A DNA stretch of 64,000 bases from Eledone cirrhosa (Eukaryota), in contig OZ024747.1 in NCBI GenBank assembly GCA_964016885.1, positions 23,374,001 to 23,438,000 on the forward strand, given 5' to 3'. Below the pieces are notes generated by a model. The model was not told the DNA's origin. It made no database searches and saw only the letters and a list, made by a program, of their open reading frames with translations. The position numbers were made by a program, and so were the translations under genes. Positions 1 to 14,100 of this stretch are shown here, one piece after another; position 1 is the first letter of the stretch; the number at the start of each line of letters is the position of its first letter.

Positions 1-367
1 AAGCATAATATGCCACCAGGAATTGAACTCAAGGTGATGTACAAGACAAGATTAGACACACAGAACTTCACTGTCATCAGCTCTCAAACCAACAAAATGG
101 TTTCGCACGATTTAATTGAGAGTACCATTTTAAAATGCTGGATTGTGCAACAGAAAAATAAATCTTTCTGCTGGTATGTGTGTGATAAAACAAACAGCAC
201 AAATAGAAAGATGAAAGAAAACAAAGAAAAGAAAATACTTGGATAGTGGACTTCAAACTGTGGTATCTGTCCTAAATAGAAAGCTAATCATAGTTATGAT
301 AAAGTTAAAACAATGTCTCTGATCAAGACAAAGCTAGAGTGTATTTGAATACACACACACACACATA

Positions 368-574
368 TAACTTCCCTATGCAGAATAAATACTCCCATAG
401 GAATATAGTATATGAGTGTAAGTTACCACTAGTGATGTGATGTACAAGTACATCAGCACAACAGAGATCAGTTTTAAGGATAGGTGGTACAATCATCACC
501 ATTCCTTTAACCAGATAGATGAGAAACAGAGCATGGCACTATCCGACTTTATATGGAAGCTTAAGCAGTATTGA
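368..574 (+). mobile_element. Degenerate Penelope-like element GIY-YIG endonuclease fragment
   Basis: Translates NIVYECKVTTSDVMYKYISTTEISFKDRWYNHHHSFNQIDEKQSMALSDFIWKLK (IVY..YI(G)..FK.R..NH..SF....T.LS..IW.LK pattern). Confidence 0.75.
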
Positions 575-599
575 ATACAATACTCTCTGTTGTGGTCTA

Positions 600-990
600 C
601 GCTTGCAATGGCATTGAGATGCAGACATCTTCTAAAAATGTTATTCTTTAGTTCAAATAATTATTGTTCGGAGATGGCAAACCTTGTAATATCCTAAATT
701 TTTCACTGAGGCAGAGACAACATCTCTTAGTACCATTAGTATAAGGTCTGAAACTTTCAAGTACCTTCCAAGTAATTTTATGTGGGACTTCTTTCTCCTT
801 TAATTGCCAGACACTTTTTGCTACAGCTGTGCTGGTTCTCATATCAGGATTCCTGAAGGAGTGGAGATGGAAATAAAAATGTTGTTTAAAACAATCTTGC
901 ATCATACCCACATATCTTTCACTAACTTCAGAATTTTCTGTGGTGTTGTGTGTAATCTTTGCCTCATACACAATGGATTTGTTATTATTT
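600..990 (-). mobile_element. Degenerate Penelope-like element GIY-YIG endonuclease fragment (CxLCLxEK type)
   Basis: ORF 648..1031: IVYEAKI..YVG....FKQ..Y.H.HSFRN....ST.VAK.VWQLK..I.WKVL....Y.NGTKRCCLCLSEK..I....YLN. Confidence 0.82.
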
Positions 991-1202
991 AGCAGAATTG
1001 TTAGAGCATCAGACAAAATGCTTTGCGTCATTTAGTTATGCCAGTTTATGTTCTGAGTTCAAATCCCGTCAACGTGAACATTGCCTTACATCCTTCTGGG
1101 ATTAATAAAATAAAGCACCAACAAAGTACTGGGATTGATATAATCAACTTTCCTCTCCCCAAAATTGCTGGCCTTGTGCCTAAATTAGAAATCATCATTG
1201 GT

Positions 1203-1378
1203 GGATTGGCAGTATCGGTAGAGGGTCGGACGCCATGCTTTGTTACGGCCCTTTATGGACTGAGTTCAAATCCCGCCAAGGTTAACTTTGCCTTTCATTC
1301 TTACGGGATCGATAAAATAAAGTACCAGTAATACACTGGGATAATTGCTGGCCTTGTGCCAAAAGTAGAAACATTATT
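1203..1378 (+). mobile_element. tRNA-derived SINE, family 1 (Meta-domain-like core); representative of about 20 copies in the window
   Basis: A-box-like TGGCAGTATCGG, B-box GAGTTCAAATCC, core GCCTTTCATCCTTACGGGGTCGATAAAATAAAGTACCAG, tail GCTGGCCTTGTGCCAAAAGTAGAAAC(AAT/TAT)n. Further copies at about 1045-1197, 2116-2222, 3247-3432, 9510-9650, 23750-23870, 31075-31205(-), 34505-34560(-), 35118-35223(-), 50960-51170. Confidence 0.85.
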
Positions 1379-1546
1379 ATAGTCATTTATGTTGGGGACA
1401 GCTACATTTCAAATTGCAATTATATTTCTGTTTATTTCAGAATTGCTTTGTCTGTTTCATCTGAACACTTACCTCAATCCAGACACCAACTAAAGAACAA
1501 GAGATGGAGTGCCACTAGCTACATTGTTTAATTCTTCAGCTTTGCT

Positions 1547-1652
1547 ATGCCCTTTCCATATCTTAAATTAAAATACTCATCATGGCGGGGAATTTCCGTT
1601 ATTATAGGTGGAATAATTGTACATTTGGCTCTTGGAAGCTCCTATATTATCG
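1547..1652 (+). CDS. MFS transporter coding exon 1 (exon begins at about 1441 after acceptor tttatttcag, so a 5' UTR exon lies upstream)
   Basis: ATG 1547, MPFPYLKLKYSSWRGISVIIGGIIVHLALGSSYII, donor G|gtaagt at 1653. Confidence 0.85.
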
Positions 1653-4087
1653 GTAAGTATAGATGTTGTAGTTGTTGTTTAGCTCAAGGTTAGCACTGAG
1701 TCAGCAGCCCTATGATTCAAGCAATGACTTCCCACCATCTCATATTATTTTCAGACTTAATCTGTCTAGGACTACATTATTCAATCTCACCTGTTTTAAG
1801 ATGGTAGGATATAATTTGGCTGCTATTTCTTGCAAGTCGAGTGACTATGTAAAAGCTCTCTTTTGGCTCAAGAAATATTGTTGCTGTTGTGTAGCTTTGA
1901 GTCCGATCTGATTGTGCGGCAGACCTAATAAATGTTATTGTTGTTCTTTTTTGTGGAGTATACATGGTTAAGAAGTTTCCTTCACAATCATGCAGTCTCA
2001 GATGTGATCCCTTTCTGCAGCTCCTTGGACAAATGAGAAATTCTGTAAGGAGAATTATGTAGAAGCTCATCAAATGAACTGTACTTGTGATTCCAGTCTT
2101 GACAGGCTCTGGTTTCCCCGCCGAGGTTAACTTTGCCTTTCATCCTTACGGGGTCGATAAAATAAAGTACTAGTAATGCACTGGGGTAATTGCTGGCCTT
2201 GTACCAAAAAGTAGAGACAATTATCATCATCACTTTCATTTAAAGTCTGTTTTCCCTGCTAACAAGGGTTGGATAGGTTGTTACAGATTGAGTCAAGACT
2301 CAAACAGAGCTACTGACTTCTCAAATGAGCATCTCACTTAATTACATTCCCACACTCTACCAGGTGTTTGAGCAGGCCAGAGGCTCGTATCTCGCTTCTA
2401 AAATGTTCCCACATTCTATCAAGTGCAGTTTATCATGGCTCCAACACTAGTGAGATTGTCATATCTTTGACACAACTGAAGAGTCCTCCCAACCCTTTGT
2501 TTGGCAGCTGAATGCTCTTCCTGTCACCAACCACTTTATAGAATGTTATGAGTGCATATGCATGTCAGTTTCACAGTCACACTGAATCTGCTTAGGATTT
2601 ATGCTAAGGGTAGATAATTCCATTGATCATGTAACTAGAATACTTCAGATCTATTTACTTATTTATAATTTTTTTTAACCCTTTCATGACCTAATATCTA
2701 ATGAACTATATTTCAATTAGTTAATGAAAAGTTTTGAGAGATTTACTAAACTTATTAAATTAATTAGTAAGATAGTAACTTAACTTGTGATTCTTGTATA
2801 AAACTGTTAGAATATGTTAATTTAAATAAGAACCCTTTAAAATAGGTGGCTTTGTTTTGGCTGGATTGGTATCAAAAGGGTTAATAAAGAATTTATTATA
2901 TAATTATACAAAATTATTATTAAGAATTTATTATATAATTATATAAAATTATGCTGAAAGATTTTAATTTAAATAGGAACCATTTAAAATGGTTTAGTTT
3001 CATAGAACCAAAGCCAATTTCAGCTAGTGTGGTATAAAAAGAGTTAAAATGGTAATGTAAGATTTGAGGGAGACTTATTTTAAAGATTTTATGATTGCAG
3101 TGAGATTTATACTCAAGAGTTTAAAGGGTCAGGACTAAATACCACAAGGTATTGATTACATTGACACTAATACTTGACTGGTGCTTTATCAAAATTGTTC
3201 TCCATGTATCTAAATTAGAAACCATTATTAATAATTAAAGGGCGGTGGGTTTGGTGTATCGGTAGAGAGTCGGACGCCATGCTTTGCAGCAAAGAGTTAC
3301 GGCCCTTTATGGTCTGAGTTCAAATCCCGCCGAGGTTAACTTTGCTTTTCATCCTATGAGGTTGATAAAATAAAGTACCAGTAATACACTGGGATAATTG
3401 CTGGCCTTGTGCCAAAAGTAGAAACAATTATTAATAATACAGATAATATTGGAGACAATCAGAGGTGCCTTGCTAATAACTCTTTACTGTATTTTCAGGA
3501 AACTTTTCCACATATTTCATCTCATATCTACGAATGCGAAATATCTCACCTGACATTCGATATACTGATACAATCTGGATTGTATCAGTTGGTACTGTCT
3601 GTACAGGCTTTACTATGTTCTTGTCAGGTATCCTAGAGAAGCGCCTTGGTTCCAGAATTACAATATTACTATCAGGATGGCTAATGAGGTAACAATTTAA
3701 TTTATGACTGCTTTTTTTTTCTTTTTTCTATTGAATTAGTTGATGTAACTGTACAGCTGGGAATTTTGAATTTGACATTTTTTCTTCTTCTTTTCATCAC
3801 TCCAGATGTTTTTTTTTTAATTTCACTATAATAAAATTGGTTTTTAGAGGATTCCTAATTATTCTCTATTACAAGTCTCTGTCCCTTTCTCCTCCTCGTC
3901 ATATGCATCACTTAGAACCTCCTTGAAACTATGTTTAGTAGGGTAATCTTTCAGTTCTCCAGTATGTTTGTCTAGATTTTACTATATAATAACTAATCAG
4001 TAGTCTGTGCTGAGTCATACCTTCATCTCCAGGAAAAGATTTAACATTCACAACAATCAGACTATTACATTTCTTCAGCAGGAAATG

Positions 4088-4132
<45 letters not shown>

Positions 4133-4644
4133 CTTGGGGAGGGTCATATTGTTGTAATAATATTGCCAGAAATAATAACAGAACACACCGACTGTTTGGT
4201 TGGTTTTCGTTTCTATATCTTTTATATCTCCACAGTTAATTCATTTGGTCCTCAATGTTTATCATTGACTGACCAACGGTCAAAAATACAGATATAAATA
4301 CATATATATATAGTCTAACAAAGTTCTTTCGTTGCACATCTGCAACATCATCAGTGGTATTATTATGTTTCCTCCTGTTGTATTGTAGACATACAATACA
4401 ACAGGAGGAAACATAATAGTACCATATAATCTGTATTTTTGACCGTTGGTCAGTCAATGATAAACATTGAGGACCAAATGAATTAACTGTGGAGATATAA
4501 AAGACACAGAAGCGAAAACCAACCAAACAATGAGTGTGCTCTGTTGTTATTTCTGGCAATATTACAATATGACCCTCCCCAAGTATAACAATATTTGTTT
4601 AGACACATGATTTCATATCAAAAACCTCGCAAAACAAATTCATC

Positions 4645-4704
<60 letters not shown>

Positions 4705-7700
4705 GCACACACTAATATTGACCCCTGTACAGTGTACTGAGTGTGTTTTATCATGGCACCAATATGAGAGCAATTGTTGTGCCCTTAACAGAACTGAAGA
4801 GACCTCTTGCCCATTTTTTGGCATAGTTTCTACTGTTAGATGCACTTCCTATCACCAACCATCTTACAGGGTATACTAAGTATATTTTTCATGGCACCAA
4901 CACTGGGGAGAGTAAGCATTGACAAGTGAAGAACTCTCTTTACTCTATCTTTAGTCATTATATTTATTATTCCTTTCATTTTATTGTGTATTCATAGTTT
5001 CCTCCCTATTCCTTCTCATTTACCATTCTTCATTTTGTCTTTGCCTCCTCCTCTCCCTCCTTTGTTTCTTCTGTTTTATTTCCTTGTTTTCTTTTTTCTA
5101 CCACCATCAACCCCCCCACACACACATCCTACCTAACCCCCCCTACCCCAATTATCTCAGTATTGTGGTGTTATTGTTATAATACAGTTGACTATGTTTA
5201 ACATTTTATTACAGTGGTGGTATGGCACTCGCATATTTTAGTATCAAGAAGTCCTTTCTAATGCTAATCTTCACATATAGTTTTCTCTATGGAATTGGTA
5301 ACTCTATAGCCTATCCTGTCAGTATCAACTGTGTCATGAAGGTAAGACTTCTCTCCCTTTGTTGAATTTTTATTTCCTTAACCCTTTTGATACCAACCTA
5401 GCTAGAACCAGTTCTGGATCTAAGAAACAAAACCACTCATTTTAAAGTGCTCCTATTTAAATTAGTATCTTTCGACATAATTTTATATAAGAACCATATA
5501 TTAAGTTACTATTTAGTAATGAAATAATTAATAATTTTACTAATTGAAATACATATTTCATTAGAAATATGGCCATGAAAGGGTTAAATTTTATTTCAAA
5601 TGTTTTTCTGTAGATTTTCATCCACAAATTCTCAATTCTCATGTGTCTTCTTTCTGTAATACATTATTTTATCATTACTGTGAATATCTAGTTTAGAATT
5701 GGTACACAGTATCCCTGAGCTCAATCTCAAAATACTCGTCTTGAAGAGTTGTAGTGCACCTGAGCACTGTACACAATAATTTCATTATTTTTATTATTAT
5801 TATTATTTAAAAAGTTCAGAGAGCTTATACCACTATTAGCCGCTAAAGGGTTCTCCCTAAAAATGAAAGGCAGGTTGTATGATGCCTGCATACGAACAGC
5901 AATGTTGCATGGCAGTGAGACCTGGGCATTGTGTGCAGAGGATATACGCAGACTAGAGAGGAACGAAGCTTGCATGCTCCGCTGGATGTGTAATAGTAAT
6001 ATACGCGAACGGCAAAGCATAAACGAACTAAGGAAAAAATTAGAAATAAGAGGGATCAGATGTTGTTTACTCGAGAGAAGGCTACGTTGGTATGGTCACG
6101 TGATGCGCATGAAAGACGACAGCTGTATAGCAAAGTGCAGGGCAATAAAGATAGACGGTAGCCACGGAGTAGGCAGACCCAGAAAAACCTGGGACAAGCT
6201 GATAAATTCCGACCTCACACATTTACACCTCTCCAAGACAATGTCACTGGACCGAGACCTTTGGCGGTACTCAGTAATAGAGAAGACCCGCCTTACCTAA
6301 ATACAAAGTAAAACCTACTACAGTCAGTAGGCATCTCTAACAAAATACACCCCCACCCCATCCACACCGCCCCTTTCAATGTAAAGTTATGTTGGTGCCA
6401 CAAAATCCAGGCTGAAACAAATGAGATCGTGTAGGTGTCACGACAAAAAAACACACAGTCCACGCTGTAATGTGGCCGTGTAGGCAACACGGTAAAAACC
6501 TCCCAGCCCCACACTGTAAATGTGGTTGGTGTTAGGAAGGGCATCCAGCTGTAGAAAACCCGCCAGACAGTCCACGCTGTAATGTGGCCGTGTAGGCAAC
6601 ACGGTAAAAACCTCCCAGCCCCACACTGTAAATGTGGTTGGTGTTAGGAAGGGCATCCAACTGTAGAAAACCCGCCAGACAGTCCTATGCGAGCAAGACA
6701 ACCACTCTTGCCTCAAGTGGGAAAACTCCCGTCCAAACCCATGCAAGCGTGGAACATGGACGTTAAACAATGATGATGATGATGATGATGATGTTCTATT
6801 GGCTGACAATTTCATTTCTTTCTTATTTCTACTCACTCCTTCCTCTCTCTCACTCTATCTTTCTCACACCCTGTCGTTGTCTTACTTCCCCCTCTCTCTA
6901 AATGTAAATGTATTATCAATAATTTTCCTCCACCTGTTAATATTCTAGTGGTTCCCACAAATGGAAGGCACTGTTGCTGGAATCGTACTTACTGGCTATG
7001 GAGTGGCTTCATTTATCTGGAATCCATTTATTACCCTTTATATCAATCCAGAAAACAAAAGTCCTGATTTTCATGTCGATGGAGAAGAGTAAATATATTT
7101 ATAAGTATATCAAATATAATGTGTATGTATGTGTTATATTATATTATATATATACCATCAAACATTTACCCAGGGAATTAAAATCACTGCCTGTCAAAGA
7201 AATTGTACCAACTGTTGATTCCCCAAACTGAAAGTGATGTCCTGAATTCAAAGATTGTCCTATTAGTCCCCATAAAGTTGGAGAAGTTTCATGACTGACA
7301 GATAAGCTCAACTTTAGAGGTCTCTCTACTCTACTATAAATACAAGTGATATTTACCCCCACTGAGATCAACTTTAATCTCCATCTTTTCAAAGGTTTCT
7401 AAAATAAGTACCAGTCAAGTACTGGGTTTCTATTCCAATAAGACATTAAATGTGAATTGAAGTCTAGCAGAAGATGTAGCACCTCCTTGGTACCTTGGTA
7501 CCTATTTACACTTAGGTTGACTGGCCTATCAAGTGTTATGTATCTTGACCACAGCTGTAAACCCATGTAATATTAAGGGCAAGATATATATGGTCATCCC
7601 TTTAGATAGTAGTCAATCATGATATTAACTCTTGATAACGATTATTACTTGATAGTTAAACTTGTTCACAATTCTGTAATTAACTCTTAATATCCTGTAC

Positions 7701-8168
7701 TGCATGAAACCGCACTAGCAAGACATTCTTAAAAATTACAAAACCTTGAAGTGAGGGGCACCTCTTGGACTAGGAGCACTTTCTATTACAGTCAGATAAG
7801 CTATCACCAGAGAGTGAAAAAACAAACTTCTTCAGATGTATGATTACCATGGTTGAGAAGCACTATAGTGGCTGGTTTAACAGATGTGATTGGTATTTTT
7901 GTGCTGATTTTAAGGTTATCTGAAAGATGGGTGCCACATGTTTGGACGGCACAATTTCACTGCTTGCCATAGGCACTATTTCCCCTAGTTTCGCCTCTGG
8001 ATGGTAGCGAGAGTGATGATGGTAGAGATATTGACAGATAAAGTGAAGATGATAATGTGTATCTCTCTCCTATTACATTAACATTTTATTCTTTCACTCT
8101 TTCTATCTATATCTAGCTATCTCTCTATATCTGTCTTTCTCTCTCTCCCCCTCTCTCTCTCTCTCTAC

Positions 8169-8218
<50 letters not shown>

Positions 8219-11151
8219 AACGTTGCGACGGTAAACAGAAAACAAAAAAACGTGGAAGCGAAGAGGCAGTACAAATGTTATTAGTTTCACGCTTGAGAGT
8301 GGGGGTCCATTCTCTCTCTCTCTCTCTCTCTCTCATAACTACATTTACTTCCTTTCCAGCTATTTCTCTCAGGAAGAACTACTTGACCGGGTACCCAGCT
8401 GCTTTTTAGTTCTCGGACTTATTTTTGCAGTTTTTATTTTTGTTGGTGGCATGTTAAACTGCACACCACCTATACAAGAGAAGGTATTTGCTATCCTTTA
8501 TTCCTTAATATTTCACTGTTTAAATTGACTCAACTATTTTCCTTGATTGCACAAATAGTTGGATATAAATAACTGCCCAACTAGATTTATTGAGTTGTAC
8601 TTTGAGAACTCTGTTAATGTATTAAACTGGGTTGGGAGAATTTCTGGAGCATTAAAGAAGTAAGAGATGTACTGAAAGGGAACAATTTCTGGTGGTCATA
8701 CTGGTGCCATGACAATAAGCACCCAGCCCACTCTGAAAGGTCATTCATATTAGGAAAGGCATCCAACCATAGAAAACTCCAAGCCCAAATTTGACTAAGA
8801 TATGGTCATCTGACAAATCAGGCCTAACCTATGCAGGCATTGAAAATAAGTGTTAAATGATGACCTGCATCAAAATAATTTCCCATCTTACTCACTATAA
8901 ATTTAGTCTCCTATCTTCACCTTGGATAGGAGACTAAATATATAGTTAGTTACTCTAAAGGTAGAGAGAAGTAATTAGATATTGCAGGCATCTTGTATCA
9001 AGTTTAGAATAGGTACACTGTATCCTTACATGTTGTAAGATGTGACTAAAAGAGGTCAGGAAGGGCATCCTGCTGTAATACATTGCCTCAAAAGTCCTGT
9101 CCAACCCATGCTAGCATGAAAAACTCAACGTATAAATGATGATGATGATGATGATGATCGGGATTCACCAACTTGATTTACCCTAGATGCACTGCACAAT
9201 GGCTAAGTGTTTGGTGGTGGTGATGGTGGTACAACAAGCCAATAAGTTATGGGTTCCCTGTATACATTGAAGATATGTGTATCTCTTCAACATAGATCCC
9301 TGATACCATACTGCTGCCCTTAACCAAATCCATTGATTTTGATGAAAATGGGGAGGAAGAAGATGAAGACGAAGAACATGTAGAATATGACCAGCAGTTG
9401 ATTCGGAAATCTGAATGTAAAGTGTAAGTAATGGTGTATTTTTAAATAATATTTTCTATATGTTAGGCTATATCTCCAGAAATACGCTATCTTATAGTTT
9501 ATGTAATGATTTAGCAGAGTCGTTAATGTGTCAGTATTTGTTCTGGTTCATGGCATTCTGAGTTCAAATCCCACTGAGGCCAACTTTGCTTTTCATCTTT
9601 TCACAATCGATAAATAAAGTGACAGTCCAGTACCAAAATCGATTTTTCTTCACTCTTTCTCATTCTTTCTCTGGAAGAAATTGGATGTTTTCTGACTGAA
9701 GAAGGATGGATTTCACCATGTTGAAAATGTGCAAGACTTGCGTATCAGGATCAATGCGCCAAGAGTTAAGAGCTAAAAAAAAAAAAATTTTAAAAATTAT
9801 ATATATGTATATGCATGATATGTGTATGTATATTACATATATGGTATATGTCTATGCATGCAAATATATATATATGTGTGTATATCATTATCATGATATG
9901 TGCATGTATATATATCTCTATCTCTATCTCTATATATGTATATTATACTGGTACCACAAAACATCCAGCCCACACTGTAAGGTGATTGTGTAGGTGTCAC
10001 GACAAAAAGCACCCAGCCCACACTGTAAAATGGACATGTAAAAGACATGGCAAAAAGTACCCTGCACACACTGTCAATGTGGTTGATGTTAAAAAGGACA
10101 TCCAGCCATAGAAAACCAGCCAGAAACAGTCCTATATGAGCGAGACACGGTCACCCTACCCAACTTGCCTCTAAATGGGACAAACCCGTCTAAACCATGC
10201 TAGCATGGAAAATAGACATTAATAACCCGGTCTGAGAATTGAATTCACAACCTTTCGATAGAGCATTGGCCTTGCAATCGAAAGGTTGTGAGTTCAATTC
10301 TCAGACCGGGTGGTGTGTTGTTTCCTTGAGCAAGACACTTTATTTCACATTGCTCCAGTTTACTCAGCTGTAGAAATGAAATGATAGGGACTGAGGTCCT
10401 TATCATTCCACTGTAAAGTGGTCGTGGAGGTGCCACGGCAAAAAAAAGCACCCAGCACTCACTGTAAATGAGGTTGGTTTTAGGAAGGGCATCCAGCTGT
10501 AGAAATCAAGCCAGAATCAGTTCCCGTCCCACCCTTGCAAGCAGGGAAAAGTGGACGTAAAATGAAATGATGATGATGAGGATGTAACTCCTATTGTTTT
10601 TTTCAACAAGTTACTGCATACTCTGCCCAATAAGTCCTCCCTTTCCAAAACTTCATTATTCTGAAACTCACTAACTGCTTATGTTTCCCTCCACCTTTAA
10701 AATTTTAATCTGCAGGCATTCAAACTGAACATCAATCATGTCGACATTACTAAACTATCCTTATCAACCAGTCTCAGTGTAACTAAACTGTCTATGAATA
10801 TTGTTATTTTGCCTTTGTCTAACTGAGGAATGGATTAGTTATTTCTAGTAAATTGAGTGACCACACAGAGGCTTCTCCTTTAATTCATTCAATGTTGAAT
10901 TCATCGTTGACTTTCTATGACTAGTTTTACCACTTCTAAATTAACATATTAGTACCATTACTATCATCACCTCCACTGATACTAATACTACCATCACCAT
11001 CAACAATAATACTAATACTACCATGACCACCACCACCACCACCACTACTACTACTACCACTACTACTTCTACTACCACCAGCACCACCACTACTGCTACC
11101 ACCACCACTACTACTATTACTACTACTACCACTACTACCACCACCACCACC

Positions 11152-11192
<41 letters not shown>

Positions 11193-14100
11193 TACCACCA
11201 CCGCTACTACTATTACCACTACCACCACCGCCACTACTACTACTACTACTACTACCACCATCACCACCGCTACTACTATTACCACCACCACCACTACCAC
11301 TACTACTACTACTACTTTTCATTTCTTTCTTCAGGGAGTCAGAACAGAGAGAAATAACACCAAAAATGGCATTAAGGACACGACAGTTCTACCTCCTTTG
11401 GTTTATATTGCTCTTCTTAAACCAAAGCACAGATTTCTTCTCATCGTTATACAAGGTAACATAACAAAGTTCACAGGTCTTGTACTTCCACATTGCTCTA
11501 CTTTTTTAGATACACCTTTTATTACATATTGTTATTGTTGTTGTTGTTACTATGTAGTGCCAAGTTGGCACTGATCATTAAGCTTGCCAAACAAAAGGTT
11601 GGGAAAACCCTTCAGTTGTGTCAAGAACAAGACAATCTTCTACACAATAAACACACCCAGTACATGCTGTAAAGTACTTGGTTATAGGAAGGGCCTCAGG
11701 CCATTGTATATCTGCCAAGTAAAGGGTTGGAAGGACCCTTCAGTTGTGTCAAGAACAAGACAATCTTCTACACAATAAACACACCCAGTACATGCTGTAA
11801 AGTACTTGGTTATAGGAAGGGCCTTAGGCCTTTGGATGACTGCCAAGTAAAGGGTTGGAAGGACCCTTCAGTTGTGTCAAGAACAAGACAATCTTCTACA
11901 CAATAAACACACCCAGTACATGCTGTAAAGTACTTGGTTATAGGAAGGGCCTCAGGCCATTGGATGACTGCCAAGTAAAGGGTTGGAAGGACCCTTCAGT
12001 TGTGTCAAGAACAAGACAATCTTCTACACAATAAACACACCCAGTACATGCTGTAAAGTACTTGGTTATAGGAAGGGCCTCAGGCCATTGGATGACTGCC
12101 AAGTAAAGGGTTGGAAGGACCCTTCAGTTATGTCAAAGACACTTGATAGAATGTGAAACCATATGTAATTGAGATGAAGAGCCCCTGGCCTCTCTGGGAG
12201 GTCAGTAGCCACCACTTCAGTACTGACTTGGTCTATGTAAACCCGTTCAACCCTTGCTAACAAGGAAAGCAGATATTATATGATGATGATGATGATGCGA
12301 AGAAGAAAGACAATGGTGATGATAGTGACGGTGTTTATAATTGTAATGTTGATGGTAGTGGTGATGGTTATGGTAGTGATGATGATTATGATAGTGATGA
12401 TGATGGTTATATTGATAGTGATGATTATAGGGATAATGATGTTTATCCTCATGGTGATTCTGGTTACAGTAATGGTAACAGCGATGATAATGGTTATAGT
12501 AGTGCTGACCATAATGATTATGGTAGTTATATTAATGATGGTAGCTGTGGTGTAACTAGGGTATGACAAGCATAACACATGTCATGGGCACCACTTGGAC
12601 TATGAGCACTTTCTATTAAAGTCAGATAAGCTATTGTAAAAGACTGACAACCTCTCTAGTGCTGGTCCTACAATAAAATGCACTCTGTGGAACATAGGTC
12701 TGTATGTAAGCAAGATGTGAACCCCTGGTCTGTCTGGAAGATCAGTAGCCTTGCTTCAGTACTGTCTTGATCTATGAAGACCCATCCAACCCTTGCTAGC
12801 AGGGAAAGTGGACATTAATATATCATTTTTTTATTCAGAGTGTCTACTCTCCAAGATGGGTTGCCTTCACTATAACTGAGTCCACATTTGTATATAGTTG
12901 TAAATACAAACAAGAAAAAAGCAATTAAAGGCTTTTTAATTTAACATTTCCTAACCAGTATCTGTTATTTTTCAGGCTTATGGTCAGACATTCATCCATA
13001 ATGATTATTTTTTATCCATGACTGGTGCTTTAGGAAGCATTGGTAATGCCATCTCTCGACTTATGTGGGGATATATTGGTGACAAAATATCTTTCAAGGT
13101 AAATCTTTTTCATTAACACTAGTAATCTCTATGCTCTCTTTAATTTCAAAGTATTACTACAGATCTTAGCTCTACTACTACTAACAATTAATGATAATTC
13201 ACTTATTTAATGAAAGTTTAACTCTTAACCTCCTGTATCACATGAAACCACATTAGTGAGATATTCTTGTAAAGTACAAAAAAGGACTATGATTAAATCA
13301 GATTAGAAATTAAAATCTTTCTTTAGAGTTTCCAATAACAATATTGGAAATAAGAGCTGCAGGCTAGTAGTTAAGATCAGTGATTTTTCATTTTCTTGAG
13401 AATAAGACATGCTGTTGTGTGTCTATAAATTGAGAGAGAAAGGTTATTAACGCTAAATGTTCGGTACCACATAGAACCACATTAACAAGAAAACTACAAA
13501 ACATCACTGATGATGATATCACATTAAAAATTGGAGGTAAAAATCACATGAATTTTTTATATTTCAGTGGGCCATGACTATCTTGACACTTATTCTAACA
13601 GTCTTGTTGTGTACTTTAAGTCTAACTGAAATTGGAGGCCAGTATATGTACTGTGCATGGGTGATTCTTTTATATCTCACATTTCCTGGTTCGTTTGCTC
13701 TGTTGCCAGCAGCAACACATCGCTATTTTGGAAAGAAATTTTATCTAATCATTTATGGCATGTTATTCACTACACATGTAAGTAGTCGTTTTATTTATTT
13801 GATGTAAACCTTATCTAATTAGCAGTAGCACTAAAATAATGTGATTCATAATAGAAGTGTATATGGAGACATATACAATATGTTTCATCACCATATTTAC
13901 CATTTAACATCTATTTACTAAGCATACATGGGTTAGACGAATAGTTGTATGCTGAGGCTAGACCAGTTAGGTGACCACAGTCTGCTTGTATGCTTTTTTT
14001 TTGGCTTAGTTTCTATTTCTGGATGCCTTTTCTAATGCCAATCACTTTACAGCATGTACTGGGAGCATTTTATTATGACTCCAGCACTACCATCTTAAAC

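Noticed and set aside
1504-1518. Short uORF (MECH*) upstream of the MFS start codon
   Set aside because: Four codons; no evidence of function from sequence alone.
10936-11574. Poly-Thr/Ser-Gly/Val ORFs
   Set aside because: Trinucleotide tract; the real coding part is MFS exon 7 (11335-11455) in a different frame.
11585-12135. CRISPR-like periodicity (also 51345-51860)
   Set aside because: Whole units repeat with no unique spacers, there are no cas genes and the context is eukaryotic.
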